Notes under the pieces: generated by a model
Told to the model about the DNA's origin: nothing
The model's input: the letters and a program-made list of their open reading frames with translations, nothing else
Database searches by the model: none
From: an uncultured Clostridia bacterium
GTDB taxonomy: Bacteria; Bacillota; Clostridia; TANB77; CAG-508
Direction: 5' to 3'
DNA: 55,261 bases
Assembly (NCBI GenBank): GCA_944388695.1
Contig: CALXJT010000004.1
Span: 1-55,261, forward strand
Position numbers and translations under genes: made by a program
Shown: piece after piece, positions 21,373 through 32,332 of the stretch
How the letters are laid out: each line of letters starts with the position of its first letter
Numbering within the stretch: the stretch's first letter is position 1

Positions 21373-21497
21373 AAAACTATTATGATTCAGATATAATAAA
21401 AAATTAAAAACTATTATGATTCGGATGTAATAAAAAATTAAAATCTATTATGGTTCAGATATAATGAAAAATTTAAAATCTGAATTATAATAGTTTT
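21373..21497. repeat. Three 34-bp direct repeats plus an inverted partial copy
   Basis: aaaactattatgattcagatataataaaaaatta x3, then atctgaattataatagtttt. Confidence 0.8.
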
Positions 21498-21677
21498 ATA
21501 TTTTATATATGATAATATATATTAATTGAAATATAAGTATCTGTACAATAATTACAAATATTGTAAATTTTACAAACTATAAAAGTTAAAAAAAATATTG
21601 ACAAAAAGTGTAATAAAATGTATTATTATGTTGAAAGTAATTTTAAATAATTACGCATAGAGAAAGGGGAGAATTTT

Positions 21678-22130
21678 ATGAGATGTCCTAATTGTGGAGC
21701 AGAGATTGAAGATGGATTAAATGTATGTTCTAATTGTGGAATAGGGCTAGAGACAGGAAATGGAGCACAAGCAAAAGAACCACAGATTTTAGAAGTAAAT
21801 TATCAAAATAATGAGGAATCAAGAGCATATTCAGAAAACATAAGAAATATGCAAAATCAACAAGAAGATAAAGGTTTAAGTATAACATCACTTATTTTGG
21901 GAATTGCTTGTTTTGTATGTATTGCTGTAAATACATTTTTAGCATTATTATGTTCAATATTAGCAATAGTATTTGGAGCAATTGGACGTAAAAAAGGTGC
22001 TAAAGGATTAGGAACAGCTGGAATGATACTAGGAATAATTGGTACAGTAGTAATAGTTATAATAATTATTTTAGCATTTGCTATAGTATTTTCAGCAGCT
22101 GATGTGATAATGAATAGTTCTTATTATTAA
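21678..22130 (+). CDS. Zinc-ribbon / DUF4190-like membrane protein
   Basis: CPNCG...CSNCG; SITSLILGI...AGMILGIIG. Confidence 0.75.
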   Translation: MRCPNCGAEIEDGLNVCSNCGIGLETGNGAQAKEPQILEVNYQNNEESRAYSENIRNMQNQQEDKGLSITSLILGIACFVCIAVNTFLALLCSILAIVFGAIGRKKGAKGLGTAGMILGIIGTVVIVIIIILAFAIVFSAADVIMNSSYY

Positions 22131-22136
22131 AATAAA

Positions 22137-22180
22137 TGAACCATTGAGGTATTTATTATTTCATATGGTTCTTTTTTTTT
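22137..22180 (+). terminator. Intrinsic terminator
   Basis: gaaccat...atggttc followed by a long T run. Confidence 0.55.
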
Positions 22181-22547
22181 GCTTTTTAATAATGTTTTTA
22201 TTAGAATTAAAATTAATAATTCAAGGCGATAAAATTAAAAAATCAGCTAGACATAAATAAAAAAAAAAGATATAATATATAAGAATAAATTAAATATTTA
22301 ATGGGAGATAGACAAGAAAATAATTAAAAATATAAAAGCAGTAAGAATATAATAAAAACAAGTAAAGGCTCAAAAAAATGTTGGAAAAGATATTTAAAAA
22401 ATGAGCAAAAAATAAAAGAAAAAATTCGAAAAATACTTAAAATGTGAGAGTAAAACTATAAAGAATAAATGAAACAAAAATTAGAAAATGAAAATTATAA
22501 AATTACAAAAAATATATTTTCATTTCTAAAAGAGGAATGTGATAAAA

Positions 22548-23021
22548 ATGAAAAAAAGAGTATTATTTATTTCAAGTACAGGAGGACACTTAAATGAACT
22601 ACTTCAATTAAGTCCACTATTTGAAAAATATGATTATTATATAATAACTGAAAAAGATAAAGCCAATGAAGATTTAAAGCAAAAATACGGAGAAAAGTTA
22701 TATTTTTTACCATATGGAACAAGAGCAAAAATATTTTCATATATATTTAGATATTTATATTTATGTTTAAAAACAATATATTTATACTTTAAAATAAGAC
22801 CAAAAGTAATAGTAACCACAGGAACTCATACAGCTGGTCCTATGTGTATTATAGGAAAAATATTTAGAAGCAAAATTATATATATAGAAACATTTGCAAA
22901 TACAAATAGAAAAACAGCAACTGGAAAATTAATATATCCTATAGCAGATTTATTTATAGTTCAATGGGAAGAAATGCTTAAATTATATCCTAAAGCTGTA
23001 TATGGAGGTTCGATTTATTAA
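22548..23021 (+). CDS. PssD/Cps14F (Alg14-like) glycosyltransferase enhancer subunit
   Basis: SSTGGHLNEL, TTG, IYIETFA, FIVQWE. Confidence 0.88.
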   Translation: MKKRVLFISSTGGHLNELLQLSPLFEKYDYYIITEKDKANEDLKQKYGEKLYFLPYGTRAKIFSYIFRYLYLCLKTIYLYFKIRPKVIVTTGTHTAGPMCIIGKIFRSKIIYIETFANTNRKTATGKLIYPIADLFIVQWEEMLKLYPKAVYGGSIY

Positions 23022-23500
23022 TGATATTAGTAATGTTAGGAACGCAAAATAATAGTTTTCATAGATTATTAGAAGAAATAGATAAATTAATAGAAAAAGA
23101 AGTAATAAAAGAAGATGTAATAGTTCAAGCAGGTTACACGAAATATGAATCTAAAAATATGAAGATATTTGATTTAATACCAAGAGAAGAACTAGAAAAA
23201 TATCAAAGTGAAGCCAGAATAATTATAACACATGGAGGAGTAGGTTCTATCATTAGTTCATTAAAATTAGGAAAAAAGGTTATAGCAGTTCCAAGATATC
23301 ATGAATATGCAGAACATGTTAATAATCATCAAATAGAAATAGTAGATACATTTAATGAAAAAGGCTATATTATAGGAGTTAAGCAAGTTTCAGAATTAGA
23401 GGAAGCATTAATCAAAATAGAAAAATTTGAGCCTAAAAAATATGAGCTAAATAATAAAAAAATGCTAAATATAATTGAAAATTTTATAGATAAAGTTTAA
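23021..23500 (+). CDS. PssE/Cps14G (Alg13-like, GT28 C-terminal) glycosyltransferase
   Basis: MILVMLGTQ, ITHGGVGS, VPR...EHVNNHQ; TAATG coupling. Confidence 0.88.
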   Translation: MILVMLGTQNNSFHRLLEEIDKLIEKEVIKEDVIVQAGYTKYESKNMKIFDLIPREELEKYQSEARIIITHGGVGSIISSLKLGKKVIAVPRYHEYAEHVNNHQIEIVDTFNEKGYIIGVKQVSELEEALIKIEKFEPKKYELNNKKMLNIIENFIDKV

Positions 23501-23662
23501 TAATTAATAAATAAAAAAATACATTCTCCTAGGCTTTAAAATGATTATTAAAAAGACAATATAAAAAATAGAAGGCAAAAGACAGAAGAGTGAAGATAAA
23601 ATATAGAATTACTAGCAGATAAAAAATAATAAGAAAAAATATTTATAATAGGAGAATCATAA

Positions 23663-25603
23663 GTGGAAAATAATATAGGACAAGAACTAATAGTTATAGA
23701 AACAAAAAGAACAAAAATAATGAATAAAATAAATCATATATTAAAAGCAATCATAAATTCTTTTGCTTTTCCAATAATAATAGGTATATGTTTATTTCTT
23801 AAGTCAATGTTTTTTTATTATAATACAATAATGATAAGAGAAACATTACCAATAGAAACAATATTAGGAACATTTGTATTTATTTTTGTAATAGTATGTA
23901 TTCAAAATGTTTTACCAAATAGAGCAAGAGTGTATACAACTATAATAACAAGTTTTTTAATAAGTGCACTTCTATTTGCTGATAATTTATATTATTTATA
24001 TTCAAGCAATGTATTATCAGTATTACAAATTTCCAATTTACAATATGGAGAAGAGATACTCACAACAATACCAAAGCTGATACAATTTAAGCATATAATA
24101 TATTTTATAGATATTATAATTGTTTTAATTTTAATATTCACAAAATATTGGAAAATAGAAAAGAAAAGTAATCTAAAAATGAGATATAAGATTGCTAAAG
24201 GCTTGGTAGGTGTAGTTGGTGTAATTGTATTTTGTGTAGTAGGAAATAAATATACATCAAAAGCAAATGAAGATCCATATAATAGAGATTTACAGATAAA
24301 AAAGGCAAGTATATATGGATATCATATTGCAGATGTAGCAAATTCAATGAAAATAAAGAACCAAGCAAAATATGCGAATAAAGAAGATATGATTAAAGAC
24401 TATGAAATTTTAAGAAATGAATATAATGAAAAATATAGTCAGCCGAATTATAATTTAGAAGGTTCAATAAAAGGAAAAAATATAATAGTACTGCAACTAG
24501 AGTCATTACAAGGTTTTTTAGTTGATGCAACTATTAATGGTAAAGAAATAACACCAAATTTGAATAAGTTTTTGAGAGAAAATATAAGATTTTCTAATAT
24601 GTTTATGCAAAGCTATTCATCAACAGCAGATTCAGAATTTTCTAGTATAACATCATTATATCCAATGGAAAATGGAATGTCATATAGTAAATATGCTTTA
24701 AATACATATGATGATATTTTTCATATAATGAATAATAATGGATATACAACTGCATATATGCATGGAAATGGAGGATATTTTTGGAATAGACAAACAGTGT
24801 ATAAAAATATGGATGTAGAGCATCTTGAATTTGAGGATAATTTTGAAGATATATCAGAACATATAATGGGATATTTATCAGATGAATTATTTTATAAGCA
24901 AGCAGTTCAAAAACTGAAAAACTACGAAAATCCATTTTTTACATATTTAGTTTCTGCGTCATCACATACATCATTTACTTTAGATGGATTGCAAGATAGA
25001 AATAAAATCAATATAGATGTAGGAAAATATAAAGATACATTTTTTGGAGAGTATTTAGAATCTGCTAATTATGCTGATTATGCATTTGGGTTATTCATAG
25101 ATGCTTTAAAAGAAGCAGATTTATATGACGATACAGTTATAATTTTATATGGAGATCATAATGGACTTGAGATGTATAATGAGGAAATGATAGATTTTCT
25201 AAAACAAATTAATCCAGAGATAAATACCGTAGATTTACAACTTAATTATATAAGAGTTTTAGCTGGAATGAAATTACCAGGAATCACTAATTTAACTATA
25301 GAAAAGCCAATTAGTAAATTAGATGTAAAACCTACAATTTGTTATTTAGTTGGAGTTGATGATAATTTTTCTTTAGGAACAAATATATTTGCAAAGAAGG
25401 ATTTTATTTGTTTGAATAATGAAAAAATAGTTACAAGTAGATATTATTATAATCAATATTGGTATGTAATAGATACAGGAGAGGAATTAGATTTGAATAA
25501 TATATCTGAAGACGAGAGAGAATTATTAGACTCGTATATGAATGATATGAGATATGAATTAGATATCTCAAAATCTTTAACAATAAATAATTTGTTAAAA
25601 TAA
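23663..25603 (+). CDS. LTA synthase family (sulfatase-fold) membrane protein
   Basis: N-terminal TM helices, LQLESLQ, STADSEF (catalytic Thr), SSH, YGDH. Confidence 0.85.
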   Translation: MENNIGQELIVIETKRTKIMNKINHILKAIINSFAFPIIIGICLFLKSMFFYYNTIMIRETLPIETILGTFVFIFVIVCIQNVLPNRARVYTTIITSFLISALLFADNLYYLYSSNVLSVLQISNLQYGEEILTTIPKLIQFKHIIYFIDIIIVLILIFTKYWKIEKKSNLKMRYKIAKGLVGVVGVIVFCVVGNKYTSKANEDPYNRDLQIKKASIYGYHIADVANSMKIKNQAKYANKEDMIKDYEILRNEYNEKYSQPNYNLEGSIKGKNIIVLQLESLQGFLVDATINGKEITPNLNKFLRENIRFSNMFMQSYSSTADSEFSSITSLYPMENGMSYSKYALNTYDDIFHIMNNNGYTTAYMHGNGGYFWNRQTVYKNMDVEHLEFEDNFEDISEHIMGYLSDELFYKQAVQKLKNYENPFFTYLVSASSHTSFTLDGLQDRNKINIDVGKYKDTFFGEYLESANYADYAFGLFIDALKEADLYDDTVIILYGDHNGLEMYNEEMIDFLKQINPEINTVDLQLNYIRVLAGMKLPGITNLTIEKPISKLDVKPTICYLVGVDDNFSLGTNIFAKKDFICLNNEKIVTSRYYYNQYWYVIDTGEELDLNNISEDERELLDSYMNDMRYELDISKSLTINNLLK

Positions 25604-25626
25604 ATCTCAAGAGAGGAGTAATAAGA

Positions 25627-26640
25627 ATGGACGATGAGAGATTAATAAATCCAGAATTAGAAAGTGCTGGGGAAGAGCGTTTAGAAAATTCTTTAAGACC
25701 TAAAACATTAGATGAATATATAGGACAAGATAAAATAAAAGAAAATATGAAAATATATATAGAAGCGGCTAAAAAAAGGGGAGAACCATTAGACCATGTA
25801 CTTTTATATGGTCCTCCTGGACTTGGAAAAACAACATTATCAAACATTATATCAAATGAAATGAATTCAAATATAAAAATAACGTCAGGACCAGCAATAG
25901 AAAAACCTGGAGATTTAGCAGCACTACTTACAAATTTATCAGAATTTGATGTTTTATTTATAGATGAAATACATAGATTAAGTAAAAGTGTAGAAGAAAT
26001 TTTATATCCTGCATTAGAAGATTATACATTAGATATTATAATTGGAAAAGGGCCAAGTGCTAGGTCAATAAGATTAGATTTACCAAAATTTACATTAATA
26101 GGAGCTACAACGAAAGCAGGTTCTTTAACAACACCATTACGAGATAGATTTGGAATTATTCATCGTTTAGAACTATATAGTGTAGAAGATTTAAAGAAAA
26201 TTGTTAAACGTTCAGCAAAAATTTTAGATGTAGAGATAGATGATGAAGCAGCTGTAGAAATAGCTAAAAGATCAAGAGGAACACCAAGAATTGCAAATAG
26301 ATTATTAAAAAGAGTAAGAGATTTTGCATTAGTTTTAGGTGATGGAAATATAAATTTAAAAATTACTAAGAATGCTTTAAATAAATTAGAAATAGACGAA
26401 TTAGGATTAGATGAAATTGACAGAAAATTATTAGATACAATGATAACACAATATGGAGGAAGACCAGTTGGAATAGAAGCATTAGCAGCAACTGTTGGAG
26501 AAGAAGTAGATACAATAGAGGATGTGTATGAACCATATCTTATACAACTTGGTTTTATAGCAAGGACTTTGAGAGGAAGAGTTGTGTTACCACCAGCATA
26601 TAAGCATATGGGATATGAATATAATTCTCAAGAAGGATAG
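25627..26640 (+). CDS. ruvB: Holliday junction branch migration helicase RuvB
   Basis: [42 protein letters not shown]. Confidence 0.97.
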   Translation: MDDERLINPELESAGEERLENSLRPKTLDEYIGQDKIKENMKIYIEAAKKRGEPLDHVLLYGPPGLGKTTLSNIISNEMNSNIKITSGPAIEKPGDLAALLTNLSEFDVLFIDEIHRLSKSVEEILYPALEDYTLDIIIGKGPSARSIRLDLPKFTLIGATTKAGSLTTPLRDRFGIIHRLELYSVEDLKKIVKRSAKILDVEIDDEAAVEIAKRSRGTPRIANRLLKRVRDFALVLGDGNINLKITKNALNKLEIDELGLDEIDRKLLDTMITQYGGRPVGIEALAATVGEEVDTIEDVYEPYLIQLGFIARTLRGRVVLPPAYKHMGYEYNSQEG

Positions 26641-26685
26641 TGAGCTAGAGAATGACCATATATAATTATATACAGATTTAAAGTA

Positions 26686-28254
26686 ATGCAGGAGAATGAA
26701 AGTATGAGTGAAATTGGAAAAAAAGTATGTAAATTTTTTAGAAAAGACTTTTTGTTTTTTATAATTTTTATGATGTTTTTTATAAGTATATATATTGTAA
26801 GACCAGTTGATAATCTAGATGAATTATGGAATTATAATTTTGCAAAACAAATAGCAGAAGGATTAATACCATATAAAGATATAAGTATGATAATAACACC
26901 ATTATCATCGTTTTTGGCATCAATATTTTTAAATATTTCTAATGAATTATTAACAATGAGAATACTTGGTATAATACTTTCAACTGCTATATTTTATATG
27001 ATTTATCGAATATTAAAGCAATTAACAGGTAAGGAAGAATATTCACTTATATGTACATTAATAATGATGTTTTTAATAAGTGGAATTTTATCATATGATT
27101 ATAATAATTTACTAGTTCTTTTCATATTGATAGCTTTGGCTGTAGAATTGTTTATGATAAAAAAACAAGAGAGTCAAAAATTAAGAAAATTACAAAATCT
27201 GTTAATAGGTTTAATTTCTGGATTAGTAATATTAACAAAGCAATCAATAGGTGTGATATTTACATTTGCAATGATAATATATCCTTTAATTAATATTAAT
27301 GAGACATATAAATTTAAAAATTATTTAAAAGAAATAATATATAGAATTATAGGATTAATAATTCCATGTTTATTGTTTATTATTTATTTAATTTTTACAG
27401 ATTCATATTCTGAATTTATTAGTTATACAATTCTTGGAATTGGAACATTTAATAATAAAATACCATTTTCTCACTTATTTAAAATAGATTTTATAACAAA
27501 AATTATGGCTATATTAGTTTTATTTACAATAGTTGCTTTAGTATGTTTTATTATAATCAGATTAGTAAAAAAGACAAAAGAAAAAGAGTTAATAGCTATT
27601 TTCTTATATGGGATGTCTTTAATGATGATGATTATACCAATATGTGATAAAAATCATTTTTATCTTGCAAGTTTAATTATATTTATTGGTTTAGCATATT
27701 TATTTTTAAAATTTTATAGATATATGTCAAATAAAAAAGTATTAAAAAATGAATCATTAAAAATATTTATAAAAAATTTTATTAAATGTTTAACTTATGG
27801 AGTACTTATAATTTTATTTTTTGGAACAATAATAGTTAATTTATATAATTATGCAATAGATAGTTCGAAAAATAATCAGATTAAACATTATGAAAATATT
27901 GTAATATCAGATAATTTAAAACAGAGGATTGAAGAGGTTGATGATTTTATATTAAATCAGGAACAAGATGAATATAGGACATATATATTAGATTCAGAGG
28001 CAGTAGTATATATGATTCCATTAGATAAATATTCAAAAAATTATGATATGTTTTTGAATGGTAATTTTGGAAAAGATGGAACAAAAGGAATTTTAAAAGA
28101 TATTTTAGAATTAAGAGAAAATTCAAAAGCAAAATTTTTGGTGAGAAATCCCAAATATTCATACAATTGGCAATTACCTGTAGATATAATAAATTACGTA
28201 AGAGAAAAATTTGAAAAGGTAGATAGTATTTCAATTTTTGATGTTTATGAATAA
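26686..28254 (+). CDS. Polytopic membrane protein, probable GT-C-fold glycosyltransferase
   Basis: First-loop LDELWNY...GLIPYKD, many TM helices with TKQ motif, C-terminal soluble domain. Confidence 0.55.
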   Translation: MQENESMSEIGKKVCKFFRKDFLFFIIFMMFFISIYIVRPVDNLDELWNYNFAKQIAEGLIPYKDISMIITPLSSFLASIFLNISNELLTMRILGIILSTAIFYMIYRILKQLTGKEEYSLICTLIMMFLISGILSYDYNNLLVLFILIALAVELFMIKKQESQKLRKLQNLLIGLISGLVILTKQSIGVIFTFAMIIYPLININETYKFKNYLKEIIYRIIGLIIPCLLFIIYLIFTDSYSEFISYTILGIGTFNNKIPFSHLFKIDFITKIMAILVLFTIVALVCFIIIRLVKKTKEKELIAIFLYGMSLMMMIIPICDKNHFYLASLIIFIGLAYLFLKFYRYMSNKKVLKNESLKIFIKNFIKCLTYGVLIILFFGTIIVNLYNYAIDSSKNNQIKHYENIVISDNLKQRIEEVDDFILNQEQDEYRTYILDSEAVVYMIPLDKYSKNYDMFLNGNFGKDGTKGILKDILELRENSKAKFLVRNPKYSYNWQLPVDIINYVREKFEKVDSISIFDVYE

Positions 28255-28323
28255 TTATTATATATAAAAGATATATGTTAAAAGCAATGAAATATATAAG
28301 TGGTAATGAAAGAGGGAAAAAAT

Positions 28324-28890
28324 ATGAAATTGTTAATGCATACATGTTGTGCACCATGTAGTGTATATTGTATAGATAGTTTAAGAGAAGAAGGAATTGA
28401 GCCAACAGTATATTGGTATAATCCAAATATTCATCCATATATAGAATATAAAACTAGAAGAGATACATTAAAAGAATATACGAAAAGTATAAATGTAGAA
28501 GCAATATTTCAAGAGGAATATGGCTTGGATGATTTTTGTAAAAATGTTATAGGTGACTTAAAAAATAGATGTATGAATTATTGTTATCCAGTTAGACTAG
28601 AGCAAACAGCAAAATATGCAAAGGAGAATGGATATGATACTTTTACTACAACATTACTTGTAAGTCCATATCAAAATCATGAAGGAATTTGTGAGGTTGC
28701 AGAAAGAATAGCTAAAATATATGATTTGAAATTTTTATATAGAGATTTTAGAGTAGGATTTAGAGAAGGACAAGCAAAGGCTAGAGAATTGGGACTTTAT
28801 ATGCAAAAATATTGTGGGTGTATTTTTTCAGAAGAGGATAGATATCAAAAGAAGATTGAGAAAGATAGAAGTTCATGTAATAATGGATAG
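28324..28890 (+). CDS. queH: Epoxyqueuosine reductase QueH (DUF208)
   Basis: HTCCAPC, YNPNIHP, RC..C, TTLLVSP, QKYCGCIFS. Confidence 0.9.
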   Translation: MKLLMHTCCAPCSVYCIDSLREEGIEPTVYWYNPNIHPYIEYKTRRDTLKEYTKSINVEAIFQEEYGLDDFCKNVIGDLKNRCMNYCYPVRLEQTAKYAKENGYDTFTTTLLVSPYQNHEGICEVAERIAKIYDLKFLYRDFRVGFREGQAKARELGLYMQKYCGCIFSEEDRYQKKIEKDRSSCNNG

Positions 28891-29011
28891 GAGTTATAAT
28901 TTTTAGAAGATTATTTATTTGTATATGAGGATATAATTCAGAACTAATGTGTTTTTTAGAAATTGATTTGAAGAGTATTGATTTAGAATAAATAGATTGG
29001 AAGGTAATTTC

Positions 29012-29470
29012 ATGATAAAAGTATTATTTGTATGTTTAGGAAATATATGTAGGTCACCAATGGCAGAATACGTATTTAAAGACATGTTAAAAAAATCAGG
29101 AGAAGAAGAAAATTTCTATGTGGATTCAGCGGCAACAAGTACAGAAGAAATAGGAAATTCAGTACATTACGGAACTAGAAATAAACTTAAACAAATGAAT
29201 ATAGAATGTGGAAATCATAAAGCAAGAAGAATCACAAAACAGGATTATGAAAAATTTGATTATATCATTGCAATGGAAGAAAGAAATATTATAGATATAG
29301 AGAGAATTGTGGGAAAAGACATAAAAGGGAAGATATATAAATTATTAGATTTTTCAGATTATCCAAGAGATATAGCTGATCCATGGTATACAGGAAATTT
29401 TGATAAAACTTATGATGATATAGTTCAAGGACTAAATGGATTTATGAAATATTTAAATAAGGCTAATTAA
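29012..29470 (+). CDS. Low-molecular-weight protein tyrosine phosphatase
   Basis: VCLGNICRSPMAE, DPWY. Confidence 0.92.
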   Translation: MIKVLFVCLGNICRSPMAEYVFKDMLKKSGEEENFYVDSAATSTEEIGNSVHYGTRNKLKQMNIECGNHKARRITKQDYEKFDYIIAMEERNIIDIERIVGKDIKGKIYKLLDFSDYPRDIADPWYTGNFDKTYDDIVQGLNGFMKYLNKAN

Positions 29471-29529
29471 AAAAATTAAGATTTTTAATATAATCAAAGT
29501 TTTTTAGAGTGGAAGGAATAGAAGTAGAT

Positions 29530-30462
29530 ATGAAAAAGATTTCATTAGTAATACCAATGTATTATGAAGAACAAGTGGTAGAAGAATGTTATAATCGAGT
29601 AACAAAAGTTTTAAAAGAGATACAAGATTATGAGTATGAAATAATTTTTATAAATGATGGAAGTAAAGATAATACTTTAGATATTTTAGAGAGAATAGCT
29701 AAAATAGATAATAATGTAAAAGTAATATCTTTTTCGAGAAATTTTGGGCATCAAGCTGCAGTAACAGCAGGATTAAAATATGTAACAGGAGATGTAATAG
29801 TTATAATGGATGCAGATCTTCAAGATCCACCTGAACTTATTCCAGATATGTTAAAAGAGTGGGAAAAAGGATATGAAGTTATATATGGAAAGAGAAAAAG
29901 CAGAAAAGGAGAGTCTGTATTTAAACTTTTAACAGCAAAAGCATTTTATAGTACATTAAACAAATTATCTGATGTTGAAATCCCAAAGGATACAGGGGAT
30001 TTTAGAATGGTAGATAGAAAAGTAGTAGATGTTGTAAATTCACTTCCAGAGCATAATAAATTTTTAAGAGGATTATTTAGTTGGGTAGGGTTTGAGCAAC
30101 TTGCCTATGAGTATGATAGAAAAGAAAGATTTGCAGGTAAGACAAAATATCCATTTGGCAAAATGTTGAAACTAGCATTGGATGGTATATTAAGCTTTTC
30201 AACTAAACCATTAAAAATAGTTGGAGGACTTGGTATATTATCTGTGATAATTTCTTTTGTAATTCTTATTTATTCATTATTATCATACATATTTAAGTGG
30301 AATAGTTTAACACCTGGTTGGACATCAATTATGTGTACAATTACATTTTTAGGAGGAATAATATTAATTTCAGTTTGGATGATAGGAGAATATATTGGTA
30401 GAATATATGATGAAGTTAAAAATAGACCTCAATATATAGTGAAGAAAACAATTAATATATAA
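29530..30462 (+). CDS. GT2 polyprenol-phosphate glycosyltransferase (GtrB/YkoT-like)
   Basis: NDGSKD, SRNFGHQAA, DADLQDPP, GDFR, two C-terminal TMs, RPQY. Confidence 0.9.
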   Translation: MKKISLVIPMYYEEQVVEECYNRVTKVLKEIQDYEYEIIFINDGSKDNTLDILERIAKIDNNVKVISFSRNFGHQAAVTAGLKYVTGDVIVIMDADLQDPPELIPDMLKEWEKGYEVIYGKRKSRKGESVFKLLTAKAFYSTLNKLSDVEIPKDTGDFRMVDRKVVDVVNSLPEHNKFLRGLFSWVGFEQLAYEYDRKERFAGKTKYPFGKMLKLALDGILSFSTKPLKIVGGLGILSVIISFVILIYSLLSYIFKWNSLTPGWTSIMCTITFLGGIILISVWMIGEYIGRIYDEVKNRPQYIVKKTINI

Positions 30463-30547
30463 GTTGACTATATAGGTACAAATGTATTGTGATAAAAAAT
30501 TTGAAAAATAAGTCAAACTAAATTAATTTTGATAGGAGAAATGAATT

Positions 30548-30934
30548 ATGAAAAAGCAAAAATTATATTTAGTTGTAAAAATAATATTATTAATAGCTAT
30601 AGTATTTCCAATAATTATATGTATAATGATTAATACAGTTTTAAAAGATAAGTTTGATGTTTATAATTCAACTAATTTTATAATTTTCTTAATTATTGAA
30701 TTTATTAATATTTTTATATTAATTAAATTAATAAATAAAAAAGATGTAAATAATAAAGTTTTTATACTAATTATATGTTATTTAATTATATCTGCATTAA
30801 TACCTGTTTTTCATTTAGGATATACAATTATACCTGAAGGACAAAAAAGTGAGCTAATGGGACTAGGATTAAAAGAAAGTTATAGAAGTATTTATGGTAT
30901 TAATATAACAAAGTTAGTAGATAATTTTTTCTAA
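30548..30934 (+). CDS. Hypothetical membrane protein (3 TM)
   Basis: SD aggag, 128 aa, hydrophobic; downstream hairpin tgttactatttaatag/ctattaaatagtaaca. Confidence 0.6.
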   Translation: MKKQKLYLVVKIILLIAIVFPIIICIMINTVLKDKFDVYNSTNFIIFLIIEFINIFILIKLINKKDVNNKVFILIICYLIISALIPVFHLGYTIIPEGQKSELMGLGLKESYRSIYGINITKLVDNFF

Positions 30935-31068
30935 TTTAATATATATAAATATTGTTACTATTTAATAGACTATTTTTGCATAAACCTATTAAATAGTAAC
31001 ATTTTTCTTTACATTTTAATTTACAAATGATAAAATCTCTATATGATAAAACGAAAGGAAGAAAATAA

Positions 31069-31602
31069 ATGAAATATTTAGTAGTGTCTGATATACATGG
31101 TTCAGGTTATTATGCTGAAAAGATAGAAGAAATAGTAAAAAAAGAAAATCCAGATAAAATTATATTGCTAGGAGATTTATACTATCATGGACCAAGAAAT
31201 AGATTGACAGATGGATATAATCCAATGGAAGTATCAAAAATTTTAAATAAATATAAAGATATAATATTATGTACAAGAGGTAATTGTGATGCAGAAGTTG
31301 ATGAGATGATATCAGAGTTTAAATTTGAAGATTCAATACAATTAACAATAGGTGAAAAAAGATTCTTTTTTACTCATGGACATAAATATAATATTGATAA
31401 TATTCCTCAAAATATAGATGTTTTAGTATATGGACATTTCCATACAGGATATATAAAAGAAAAAGATGGTGTATTATGTGTTAATGCAGGTTCAATTTCA
31501 TTACCAAAAAATGATACTCCACATAGTTATTTGATAATAGATGATAAGCAAATAATTTTGAAAGATATTGATTGTAATATAGTAGATTCTAAAAATTTTT
31601 AA
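31069..31602 (+). CDS. YfcE-family metallophosphodiesterase
   Basis: SDIHG, LGD...HGPRN, GNCD, THGH, GHFH, NAGS. Confidence 0.9.
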   Translation: MKYLVVSDIHGSGYYAEKIEEIVKKENPDKIILLGDLYYHGPRNRLTDGYNPMEVSKILNKYKDIILCTRGNCDAEVDEMISEFKFEDSIQLTIGEKRFFFTHGHKYNIDNIPQNIDVLVYGHFHTGYIKEKDGVLCVNAGSISLPKNDTPHSYLIIDDKQIILKDIDCNIVDSKNF

Positions 31603-31658
31603 TCGAACTTGTTAAATATTAGATTTTTTAGGTTCATGAAAGGAAGGAATATATAGAT

Positions 31659-32273
31659 ATGGTATTAAAAAACAAATTTGGAATAGAAGATTCATTAGAA
31701 CTGGCTAAATTAGAAGAAAGAATAACAAAATTAAAAGCAATACAGTTATTCGAATCTGATGAATTAGATTTAATTGAAGTAGGAACTTTTAAAGGATTAT
31801 CACAGATTCATAAATATTTATTTGAAGATATATATGATTTTGCGGGTGAAATTAGAACAGAAAATATTTCAAAAGGTAATTTTAGATTTGCATCATCAAT
31901 GTATTTAGAAGAAGCATTAAAGCAAATTGATAAAATGCCTCAATCAAATTTTGATGAGATTATAAATAAATATATTGAAATGAATATAGCACATCCATTT
32001 AGAGAAGGAAATGGAAGAAGTACTAGAATATGGTTGGATATGATTTTAAAAAAAGAAATAAAGCAAGTAGTAGATTGGAGTAAAATTAATAAAGAAGACT
32101 ATTTATTGGCAATGGAAAGAAGCCCAATAAAAGATGTAGAAATTAAAATCTTATTAAAAAATGGATTAACAGATAAAATAAATGATAGAGAAGTTTATAT
32201 GAAAGGAATAGATGCAAGTTATAATTACGAAGGATATTCTGTATACAAAGCAGAAGACTTAAAGAATGGATAG
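31659..32273 (+). CDS. fic: Class III Fic protein adenylyltransferase
   Basis: [12 protein letters not shown] catalytic motif and C-terminal inhibitory SYNYEG. Confidence 0.9.
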   Translation: MVLKNKFGIEDSLELAKLEERITKLKAIQLFESDELDLIEVGTFKGLSQIHKYLFEDIYDFAGEIRTENISKGNFRFASSMYLEEALKQIDKMPQSNFDEIINKYIEMNIAHPFREGNGRSTRIWLDMILKKEIKQVVDWSKINKEDYLLAMERSPIKDVEIKILLKNGLTDKINDREVYMKGIDASYNYEGYSVYKAEDLKNG

Positions 32274-32332
32274 AATGGCTTATAATTATAAGATGTTTTA
32301 AAGATTCTTTAAACAATAGAAATAGAAAGGAT

